Of a stretch of DNA of 64,000 nt, positions 18,701 through 26,496 are shown one piece after another. This stretch comes from Rhizomicrobium sp. Lineage in GTDB: Bacteria > Pseudomonadota > Alphaproteobacteria > Micropepsales > Micropepsaceae. How positions within the stretch are numbered: the stretch's first letter is position 1; every line of letters starts with the position of its first letter. The notes under the pieces were generated by a model that saw nothing but the letters and a program-made list of their open reading frames with translations, did no database searches and had not been told where the DNA came from. The translations under genes were made by a program, and so were the position numbers. The stretch covers positions 6,974-70,973 of the forward strand of contig JBEKLN010000013.1 in the NCBI GenBank assembly GCA_050010175.1. Reading direction: 5' to 3'.

Positions 18701-20682
18701 ACGCGCCTCTGGCTCATCGCGAACCTGGCGTCCGAGCCGGTACGCTCGACCTGTTCGCGCTGTTTCACCTCAATCTCGCGTTTTCCTCCATCGAGGAAGA
18801 GCGTCGCGCGGACGTGATCCGCTGCTGCTATCGGCCGCTGCTCGAGCTGGCAGACGCGCATGGTCCTATCGGCCTGGAAATCACCGGCTATACGCTTGAG
18901 GAAATCGCCCGCATCGATCCGCAGTGGTGCGCCCGCGCCCGCGCCCTGATCGCATGCGGCAAGATCGAATTGATCGGCTCGGGTTATGCGCAATTGATCG
19001 GCCCGCTGGTGCCGGCGCGCGTCAGCGAAGCCAATCTGCGCATCGGCAATAAGGTGTATCGTTCACTCCTGGGCGTTCAGCCCACCCTCGCACTGGTGAA
19101 CGAACAGGCATACGCGGCGGGGTTGGTCGGGCTCTATCTCGATGCAGGCTATTGCGCCATCCTGATGGATTGGGACAATCCCTCCGCTCACCATCCCGAA
19201 TGGCCGGACGAAACCCGTTACCTGCCGCAACGCGCAGTCGGCAGCGACGGTCGGGACATCGGCCTGTTATGGACAAGCACCGTCGCCTTCCAGAAGCTCC
19301 AGCGCTTCGTGCACGGAGACATCGCGCTCGATGCATTCTGCAGTTACCTTTCAGGTCGACGCGGCACAAGCGATCGCGCTCTCTGTTTCTATTCGAATGA
19401 CGCGGAGATTTTTGACTTCCGTCCCGGCCGCTACAAGACCGAAGAGGCGCGCTCGGAGACGAGCGAGTGGCAGAGACTCTCAGACGTGTTTGCCTGGGCG
19501 CGTAGCGAACCCGGCTGCCGCCTCGTGATGCCCAGCGAAGCGTTGGGGCTCACCAGCAGCACGTTCGCCGGCCAGCGCCTGCATCTTGAATCCGCGACCT
19601 GCCCGGTGCCGGTTAAAAAGCAGCGCAAGTACAATCTCGCCCGTTGGGCGGTGACGGGACGCGACGATCTGGCGATCAATGCGGCGTGCGAGCGCATCTA
19701 TCGCGGGCTTGTTGTGCACGGCGCCGACGATGCGGCCTGGAAGGAGCTCTGCTATCTCTGGTCGAGCGATTTTCGCACGCACATCACGGAAAAGCGCTGG
19801 ACGGCCTATTGCGCGCGGCTGCAGGAAGCCGAGCGGCGTTGGAGTATCCCGCCGAAACCATTTCCCGAATCTGCGACGGCCGAAACCGTCTCGACCCGCC
19901 ATCTCGACATCCGCACGCCTTATGTCAGTGCCGTGCTCGACAGGCGCCGCGGGCTCGCCGTCGATGCGCTGCAGTTCGCAGGGCACGCGCGTCCCGCCAT
20001 CGGCGGCCTGCCGCACGGCCATTTCGACGACATTTCGCTGCAGGCCGACTGGTACACGGGCGATTGCGTCTTCGAAGCCCCCGGCGAACACAAGGTCGCG
20101 GATTTGGATTGGTGCGAGGCACATGTGCATCGGGACGACAGCGGCGACGTCCGTGTTGCCGCGCGCATCGACACGCCCAAGGGTCCGATCGACAAACACA
20201 TCCGCATTCACGCCACAGAACCACGCATCGATTTCGACATCACATTCCATTGGCCGGACTGGGGAAAGGGATGCCTGCGCGTCGGGCACGTTACGCTGCT
20301 GCCGGATGCTTTCGACCGCGCACGGCTTCGCTTAACGACGCATAACGGCGGTAAGGATTGCGAAACCTTTTGCCTTAACGGTCACGATGTCGACCACGGC
20401 GCCCCCGTATCCTTTCTCGTCTCGTCGTCCTTCGGCTTCGGCATGACGGAAGGCTGGGCCGAACTGGGCGACGACAAAACCCGCGTCCGCATCGATGTCG
20501 ACCGCGAAACCGCGCCGTTGCTGGGGCTTCTCACCCATCGCCGCGCGGGCGGAAGCCTGTTTTGCCAGCTCGTGCTGTCGGCGCTCGAATTGGACGAAAC
20601 GCGCAAGCCCGCGCGCTACGACCGCCGCGCACGCCGCGTCCGCTTTTCCATCCGCGCCGTCGCTCCGTCAGCAGATTATTAA
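18697..20682 (+). CDS. GH57 / polysaccharide-deacetylase-like barrel hydrolase
   Basis: FHLNLAFSSIE, CYRPLL, LEITGYTLE, IELIGSGYAQLIGPL, LVNEQAY; ATGA overlap with the ATP-grasp gene. Confidence 0.65.
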   Translation: MNAPLAHREPGVRAGTLDLFALFHLNLAFSSIEEERRADVIRCCYRPLLELADAHGPIGLEITGYTLEEIARIDPQWCARARALIACGKIELIGSGYAQLIGPLVPARVSEANLRIGNKVYRSLLGVQPTLALVNEQAYAAGLVGLYLDAGYCAILMDWDNPSAHHPEWPDETRYLPQRAVGSDGRDIGLLWTSTVAFQKLQRFVHGDIALDAFCSYLSGRRGTSDRALCFYSNDAEIFDFRPGRYKTEEARSETSEWQRLSDVFAWARSEPGCRLVMPSEALGLTSSTFAGQRLHLESATCPVPVKKQRKYNLARWAVTGRDDLAINAACERIYRGLVVHGADDAAWKELCYLWSSDFRTHITEKRWTAYCARLQEAERRWSIPPKPFPESATAETVSTRHLDIRTPYVSAVLDRRRGLAVDALQFAGHARPAIGGLPHGHFDDISLQADWYTGDCVFEAPGEHKVADLDWCEAHVHRDDSGDVRVAARIDTPKGPIDKHIRIHATEPRIDFDITFHWPDWGKGCLRVGHVTLLPDAFDRARLRLTTHNGGKDCETFCLNGHDVDHGAPVSFLVSSSFGFGMTEGWAELGDDKTRVRIDVDRETAPLLGLLTHRRAGGSLFCQLVLSALELDETRKPARYDRRARRVRFSIRAVAPSADY

Positions 20683-20728
20683 CGACGTTCTGCAACCCTT
20701 TGGCCCGGAACAGAGGACGTTCAGGACC

Positions 20729-21817
20729 ATGGGACAACGCGCGGTTAAAATCTACCTCCAAGGCGAAGAGACGAGCGTACCCGCCGAGCCGCTCATTCGC
20801 GATTTCACGCAGCCCTGGCTCGATCTGAACGACAAGGCCGTTCTCGTCACCGGCGGTACCGGCTCCTTCGGCAAGCATTTCGTGAAGCTCATGATCGAAC
20901 GCTATCGGCCGCGGCGTCTGGTGATTTTCTCGCGCGACGAGATGAAGCAATACGAGATGCAGCAACTGTTCCCGATGGAACAGTACCCTTTCATGCGCTA
21001 CTTCATCGGCGATGTGCGCGATCGCGACCGCCTGGATATGGCCATGCGCGACATCGATTTCGTGGTGCACGCGGCCGCGCTCAAGCAGGTACCCACCGCC
21101 GAATACAATCCCTTCGAATGCATCCGCACCAATGTGTTCGGCGCGGAAAACATCGTCTATGCCGCGCTCCGGAGAAACGTCCGCAAGGTGATCGCGCTGT
21201 CGACGGACAAGGCCGCCAATCCGGTCAATCTCTACGGCGCCTCCAAGCTCGCATCCGACAAGATTTTCGTTGCCGCCAACAATCTTGCCGGCGCCGACGG
21301 CACGCGGTTCGCGGTCGTGCGCTACGGCAATGTGTTCGGTTCGCGCGGCAGCGTGGTACCGTTCTTCCGCAAGCTGACCCAGGAAGGCGCAGACACACTT
21401 CCCATCACCGACACGCGCATGACGCGCTTCTGGATCACGCTCACGCAGGGCGTGAACTTCGTGCTGTCCAGTATGGAAATGGCCCGCGGCGGCGAGATCT
21501 TCGTGCCCAAGATTCCATCCACCACCATCACCGATCTGGCCAGCCTCATCGGTCCCAAGCTGCCCCAGAAAATCGTGGGTGTGCGTCCCGGAGAGAAGCT
21601 GCACGAGACCATGATCCCCGCCGACGATTCCCGCTGGACGGTGGAGATGGACGACCGCTATGTCATTCTTGCAAGCTTCGCGGCTGCGGCGCGCGAAGCC
21701 TATCTCCATCGCGGCGGCAAGCCGGTGGCGGAGGATTTCGCCTATGCGAGTGACACCAACACCGAGAGGCTCGATGCGCGCGGCCTGCAGCTGTTGCTCG
21801 CTCAGGCGTTCGAATGA
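20729..21817 (+). CDS. pseB: UDP-GlcNAc 4,6-dehydratase (inverting) PseB/FlmA
   Basis: VTGGTGSFG, FSRDEMKQ, HAAALKQVP, STDKAANPVNLYGASK, RYGNVFGSRGSV, TRFWITL. Confidence 0.95.
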   Translation: MGQRAVKIYLQGEETSVPAEPLIRDFTQPWLDLNDKAVLVTGGTGSFGKHFVKLMIERYRPRRLVIFSRDEMKQYEMQQLFPMEQYPFMRYFIGDVRDRDRLDMAMRDIDFVVHAAALKQVPTAEYNPFECIRTNVFGAENIVYAALRRNVRKVIALSTDKAANPVNLYGASKLASDKIFVAANNLAGADGTRFAVVRYGNVFGSRGSVVPFFRKLTQEGADTLPITDTRMTRFWITLTQGVNFVLSSMEMARGGEIFVPKIPSTTITDLASLIGPKLPQKIVGVRPGEKLHETMIPADDSRWTVEMDDRYVILASFAAAAREAYLHRGGKPVAEDFAYASDTNTERLDARGLQLLLAQAFE

Positions 21818-23058
21818 GCGTACCCGCGCTCAAGCCCGCGGCTCAGTCGGGCAAGAACAGCTTTCTGCCTTACGGCCGGCAGCTGATCGAGGACGATGAC
21901 ATTGCCGTCGTGGTGGAGGCGCTGAAAGGCGATCTGCTGACGACCGGGCCCTACGTCGCCCGCTTCGAAACCTCGCTCGCAAATACGGTCGGCGCCAAAC
22001 ACGCCGTCGTTTGCACCAGTGGAACCGCGGCGCTGCACATGGCCGCGCGCGCGCTCAATCTGGGCCCCGGTGCCAAGGTCATCGTTCCCGTCGTCACGTT
22101 TCTGGCGACCGCCAGCGCACCGCACATGAACGGTGCGGAGATCGTCTTCGCCGACGTCGATCCGGAGACCGGCCTCATGCGCCCGGAAGATCTGACGGAT
22201 GCGCTTTATCGCGCCGGCCATGCCGACGCCGTCTTCAATGTGCATCTGAACGGCCAGTGCGGCGAGGTCGAGGAGATCGCAGCCATTGCGCACGCGCATG
22301 GCGCGCTTGTCGTCGACGATGCCTGCCATGCGCTGGGCGCGGCCTTCATCGGCAGCGACGGCGCGGCGCGCCCCATCGGGTCGAATGCCTTCTCCGATCT
22401 CACCGTTTTCTCCTTTCATCCCGTCAAGGCGATTGCGATGGGCGAGGGCGGCGCCGTCACGACGAACAACCCCGACATGGCCAAACGTCTGGTGCGGGCG
22501 CGCAATCACGGCGTGACGCGCGATCCGTCCGAGTTCCGCAACATCGACGATGCATTCGATGCCGACGGAACGCCCAATCCCTGGTATTACGAACTGACGG
22601 GACCCGAATACAACTGGCGCGCCAACGATATCCAATGCGCGCTCGGTCTCTCCCAATTGGGCAAACTCGGACGCTTCATCGCGCGGCGCAGGGCTCTTGT
22701 GGCGCGCTACGACGCGCTGTTCTCCGGCTATGCGCCGGCGCTGCGTCCGGTGGGGCGCACGCGCATGTGCCTGCCGGCATGGCATCTCTATGTCGTGCGG
22801 ATCGATTTCAAATCGGCCGGCATCACGCGCGGCGAGCTGATGCGGCAATTATCTGCGGACGGCATCGGTTCGCAGGTCCACTATTTTCCGGTTCACCGCC
22901 AGCCTTACTATGCCGATCGCTACGGCGCGATCGATCTGCCTGGGGCGGACTGCTACTACGACAGCGTGCTCAGTCTTCCGCTCTTTGCATCCATGACCGA
23001 AGACGACGTGGGGACTGTCGGCCGGGCGCTGCTGCGCCATCTCAATCTGCCGTACTGA
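21814..23058 (+). CDS. pseC: DegT-family aminotransferase PseC/FlmB
   Basis: LPYGRQLI, SGTAALH, DDACHALG, FSFHPVKAIAMGEGG, QVHYFPVH. Confidence 0.93.
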   Translation: MSVPALKPAAQSGKNSFLPYGRQLIEDDDIAVVVEALKGDLLTTGPYVARFETSLANTVGAKHAVVCTSGTAALHMAARALNLGPGAKVIVPVVTFLATASAPHMNGAEIVFADVDPETGLMRPEDLTDALYRAGHADAVFNVHLNGQCGEVEEIAAIAHAHGALVVDDACHALGAAFIGSDGAARPIGSNAFSDLTVFSFHPVKAIAMGEGGAVTTNNPDMAKRLVRARNHGVTRDPSEFRNIDDAFDADGTPNPWYYELTGPEYNWRANDIQCALGLSQLGKLGRFIARRRALVARYDALFSGYAPALRPVGRTRMCLPAWHLYVVRIDFKSAGITRGELMRQLSADGIGSQVHYFPVHRQPYYADRYGAIDLPGADCYYDSVLSLPLFASMTEDDVGTVGRALLRHLNLPY

Positions 23059-23126
23059 ACCGTCCCGTCGATCGGCGGGCGGCCGGACCGCTGACGGCCA
23101 GGATTCCAGACCGCCGAAATGCTGCC

Positions 23127-23162
23127 AGGCGGAGAGCCTCCCCCCCCGGGGTCTCTCCGCCT
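23127..23162 (+). terminator. Hairpin downstream of pseC
   Basis: AGGCGGAGAG...CTCTCCGCCT stem. Confidence 0.5.
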
Positions 23163-23250
23163 GCCGCATAAATCGTCTTCTTATTACACCCAACCACTCT
23201 TTTTCGCCGCGGGGACGAGCCGTTATGACGGCTCTGGCCTTGGGGAAGTT

Positions 23251-23282
23251 GACGTCGGAAGCGCCTGCGCGCTTCCGACGTC
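23251..23282 (-). terminator. 14-bp hairpin just downstream of flagellin 1
   Basis: GACGTCGGAAGCGC-CTGC-GCGCTTCCGACGTC. Confidence 0.65.
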
Positions 23283-23288
23283 GGGATT

Positions 23289-24122
23289 TTATCCGAACAA
23301 CTTCAGTGTGATGGATGGCGCCTGGTTGGCGATCGACAACGCCTGCACGCCGAGCTGCTGCTTGGTCTGCAAGGACGTCAGCATGGCGCTTTCCGTTGCC
23401 ATGTTGGCGTCGACGAGATTGCCGATGCCCGTGGTCAGGGCGTCGGACAACTGAGACACGAAGCTCGACTGAATCGAGAACTTCGCCGAGCCACTGGAGA
23501 GTGTCGCCAGCGCCGAGTTGACGTTGGTAAGCGAGGACTCGATCGTTGCGACCATCGTGGACGCCTTGGACTGCGTCGAGATGGTTCCCGTGGAGGAGAT
23601 CGTCACGATCGACCCGGACAGGCTCATGTTCTCGGCCGCGACAGTGATGCGATGCGTACCGTCGGCCGACGCCAGCGCGGTGATCTGGTTGGTCGAACCG
23701 TTGATCAGATTGAAGCCGTTGAACTGGGCGTTCTGGACGACCGATGCGATCTGGTCCTTCAGGGCGACGAAGTTCGAGTTGAGCGCCTGCCGGCTCGCCG
23801 TGTCGAGCGACTGGTCGGAAGCGGACAAAGCGGTTTGCTTCATCTGGATCAGCAGGTCGGAGATCGACTGACCGGCCGACATGGCCACGTCGACGGTCGA
23901 CATGCCGCGTGCAAGGCTGTCGCTGACCGCGCTGTAGCCCGCAACGTCGCCGCGCATGTTCTGCGCGATTGCGAAGACGGCGCCGTTGTCCTGCGCGTTG
24001 GCGACCTTCAGGCCCGTGTCGACCGCGTTCTGTACCTGGGTCAACTGGGCGTTGGTCTGATTGAGGTATTCCAGCGCCGTCATGGCGCCTGTGTTGGTGT
24101 TTACGCTAAGTCCGCCACTCAT
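23289..24122 (-). CDS. fliC: Flagellin 1 (277 aa)
   Basis: LSVNTNTGAMTAL, TGLKVANAQDNGAVFAIAQNMR, GIGNLVDANMATES...QALSIANQAP; GGAG RBS. Confidence 0.97.
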   Translation of the reverse strand: MSGGLSVNTNTGAMTALEYLNQTNAQLTQVQNAVDTGLKVANAQDNGAVFAIAQNMRGDVAGYSAVSDSLARGMSTVDVAMSAGQSISDLLIQMKQTALSASDQSLDTASRQALNSNFVALKDQIASVVQNAQFNGFNLINGSTNQITALASADGTHRITVAAENMSLSGSIVTISSTGTISTQSKASTMVATIESSLTNVNSALATLSSGSAKFSIQSSFVSQLSDALTTGIGNLVDANMATESAMLTSLQTKQQLGVQALSIANQAPSITLKLFG

Positions 24123-24194
24123 GGTGTATCTCCGTTCTGGTTCTTGATCACGAGCGTTTTGCTCGTGGGGCGTCTTGCCCCGCTTCTCCCAATG

Positions 24195-24209
24195 GCAAGT
24201 CGCATGCCG
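24195..24209 (-). promoter_or_regulatory. sigma54 promoter of flagellin 1
   Basis: Minus strand CGGCATG-CGAC-TTGC. Confidence 0.75.
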
Positions 24210-24263
24210 CGGACGATTCAAATTTTCTTAAATCTGTTTTTGGCTGCGAAGCGGAATCGATGC

Positions 24264-24354
24264 TCCGGCAGGAATGTCCGGGCGGCAAAAACCCCCGGCA
24301 GTAACTGCCGGGATGGGGAAAATTTTGCCGGGCCGATGGGCAATTTCTGCCGCC
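24264..24354. promoter_or_regulatory. Cluster of ftr-like (FlbD enhancer) dyads
   Basis: CCCGGCAG-TAA-CTGCCGGG (24294-24312) plus degenerate copies at 24264-82, 24314-32 and 24337-54. Confidence 0.7.
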
Positions 24355-24426
24355 GGTGCGCCGACGGTGCCTGTTTCCGCGCGGCGGAATGCGCCCGCGC
24401 TTAACCGACGAACTCCTTGGCGGAAA

Positions 24427-24468
24427 AAAGGAAAGGCGGCGTGAGGTCAGAGCCTCCGCCGCCTTTTT
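24427..24468 (-). terminator. Terminator of flagellin 2
   Basis: AAAGGCGGCG...CGCCGCCTTT stem flanked by A and T tracts. Confidence 0.75.
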
Positions 24469-24502
24469 CCATTGCCCAATGGTATAGCTTGCGTATCCGG
24501 TA

Positions 24503-25333
24503 TCAGCCGCCGCCGAAGAGCTTCAGTACGATGGACGGCGACTGGTTGGCGATCGACAACGCCTGCACGCCAAGCTGCTGCTTGGTCTGCAACGATGTCA
24601 GCATGGCGCTCTCGGTTGCCATGTTGGCGTCGACGAGATTTCCGATGCCGGTCGTCAGTGCGTCTGACAATTGCGAAACGAAAGTCGTCTGCACGGACAG
24701 TTTCGCGGAACCGCTGCCGAGCTGCGCCAGCGCGGCGTTGACGTTGGTCAGCGAGGATTCGACAGTCGCCACCATCGTCGACGCCAAAGCCTGAGTCGTG
24801 ATTGTCGCCGTGTTCGTGATCGTGACGATGGGGCCCGACAGGCTCATGTTCTCGGCGGAGACCGTGATCTTGTTCACGCCGTCCGCAGAGGCGAGCGCCG
24901 TGATCTGCTGGGTCGAACCGTTCAGGATGTTGAAGTTGTTGAACTGCGCATTCTGGACGATCGAAGCGATCTGGCTGCGCAGCGCCTCGAAGCTCGCGTT
25001 CAACGCCTGGCGGCTTGCCGTGTCGAGCGACTGATCGGAAGCGGACAAAGCCGTCTGCTTCATCTGGATCAGCAGATCGGAGATCGACTGTCCGGCCGAC
25101 ATTGCCACGCCGACCGTCGAAGTGGCCCGGTTGAGGCTGTCGGTGACGGCCTGGTAGCCAGCGACGTCGCCACGCATGTTCTGGGCGATGGCGAAGACGG
25201 CGCCATTGTCTTTGGCCGACGCGACCGTGAGCCCGGTGTCGATTGCGTTTTGCGTGGTCTCGAGTTGATCGTTCGTCTGATTGAGATATTCGAGCGCCGT
25301 CATGGCGCCGGAGTTCGTGTTGACGCTCAGCAT
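24503..25333 (-). CDS. fliC: Flagellin 2 (276 aa)
   Basis: MLSVNTNSGAMTALEYL...QALSIANQSPSIVLKLF; GGAGA RBS 7 nt upstream. Confidence 0.97.
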   Translation of the reverse strand: MLSVNTNSGAMTALEYLNQTNDQLETTQNAIDTGLTVASAKDNGAVFAIAQNMRGDVAGYQAVTDSLNRATSTVGVAMSAGQSISDLLIQMKQTALSASDQSLDTASRQALNASFEALRSQIASIVQNAQFNNFNILNGSTQQITALASADGVNKITVSAENMSLSGPIVTITNTATITTQALASTMVATVESSLTNVNAALAQLGSGSAKLSVQTTFVSQLSDALTTGIGNLVDANMATESAMLTSLQTKQQLGVQALSIANQSPSIVLKLFGGG

Positions 25334-25402
25334 TCCCATTCTCCATACCGTTGGGGCGGCGACTTTCTGCCGTCTGGGGCCCACTGCCCCGCGGTAAGTT
25401 TC

Positions 25403-25417
25403 GCAATAGGCGTGCCA
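25403..25417 (-). promoter_or_regulatory. sigma54 promoter of flagellin 2
   Basis: Minus strand TGGCACG-CCTA-TTGC (consensus); AT-rich tract 25441-25480; ftr-like CGGTAAATTCTGCCC at 25493-25507. Confidence 0.85.
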
Positions 25418-25536
25418 GCCTTCGTTGTGCGGTTAACCTGTTAAGTATCTGATTTCATTATATATTTATTTGGTTAATGCGCTTTGTACTTACGGTAAAT
25501 TCTGCCCATAGGCAGTGCTGACCCGGAAGAAAGCGC

Positions 25537-25567
25537 AAAAAAAACGCCGGCCTTTTTGGGGCCGGCG
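25537..25567 (-). terminator. Terminator of flbT-flaF
   Basis: CGCCGGCC-N7-GGCCGGCG followed by U8 on the minus strand. Confidence 0.8.
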
Positions 25568-25591
25568 ATCGATGCTGATGTCTGCGGCGGA

Positions 25592-25942
25592 TCAGGCTGC
25601 GTCCTGGAGGCCCTGCATGATTGTGCGGTTCACCTGGATCAGCGGATCCAGCGGCGCGCCTTCGCGGGTCACCGTCTTGGAATACTTCGCCACCCACAAC
25701 GACAGCGAAACGATCTTCGCGCGTACGTCCTTCGGCAGCTGGTTGCGGTCGTCCAGGCAGTCATTGGCCAGCGTGCGCCACAGCCGCTTGTTCCAGTCGA
25801 CAGCCTGGGCCAGATGTCCGAGCTTTGCGCCGGTCTTCTGGGCTTCGATCAGTGCGCCGGTGATCTTTCCGAAAAGCCGGTACTCGGTAGCACGCGGATT
25901 TTCAGTGACCAGCTGCGTGTTTTGGTACGCTTTGACTGTCAT
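25592..25942 (-). CDS. flaF: Flagellin regulator FlaF
   Basis: AYQNTQ...ENPRATEYRLF...AVDWNKRLW...NQLP...IVSLSLWV...LIQVNRTIMQGL. Confidence 0.93.
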   Translation of the reverse strand: MTVKAYQNTQLVTENPRATEYRLFGKITGALIEAQKTGAKLGHLAQAVDWNKRLWRTLANDCLDDRNQLPKDVRAKIVSLSLWVAKYSKTVTREGAPLDPLIQVNRTIMQGLQDAA

Positions 25943-26327
25943 AGGTGAGACGCTCCCGTTCGAATTCAAAGAGTTTTTTGCAGGCCATCAGCGCCTTGTA
26001 GTAGGCGCCGCTCATGACATCGCGGCTGATCTCGACGCAGACTGCCAGCGCCGCACCATTGCGGATCGCGCCCATGAATTCCGTCATGCGCAGGGCGAAT
26101 TCGGTATGATACGTCTCGGTCTCGGCCGGCTCGAGATACATCATCATGATGGGGAAATAGATGCGCCGGACCGGGGTTGTCGCATCCTCCGGCAGCATGA
26201 TGTCGCGTTCACGCAGCAGGCATGCCTTGTTCTGGATGACGAGGCTCGTCCGCTTGTCGCCGTTCGTCAGCACAGCCCCGTTGAGAACGAATTTTTCACC
26301 AGGTTTCAGCGACAGTTTCAGCGGCAT
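25902..26327 (-). CDS. flbT: Flagellin repressor FlbT
   Basis: MPLKLSLKPGEKFVLNGAV...TTPVRRIYFPIMMMY...YKALMACKKL. Confidence 0.95.
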   Translation of the reverse strand: MPLKLSLKPGEKFVLNGAVLTNGDKRTSLVIQNKACLLRERDIMLPEDATTPVRRIYFPIMMMYLEPAETETYHTEFALRMTEFMGAIRNGAALAVCVEISRDVMSGAYYKALMACKKLFEFERERLTYDSQSVPKHAAGH

Positions 26328-26439
26328 AAGCGCGTGTCCATCAAGGGCTGAAGGAACAAGGGCGCAATGGCGCTGTCCTTCCGGTCTGCAACGGTAGCGG
26401 CCTCAAGTTAACAAAACCCTGTCAAACCGCGCTTTATTG

Positions 26440-26454
26440 TTCACCGGGGATTAA
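26440..26454. promoter_or_regulatory. Near-consensus CtrA box upstream of flmG
   Basis: TTCA-CCGGGGA-TTAA. Confidence 0.45.
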
Positions 26455-26496
26455 GCATGCCGTGCATTTGATGATGCTCCACAGCGGAGAGATCTC

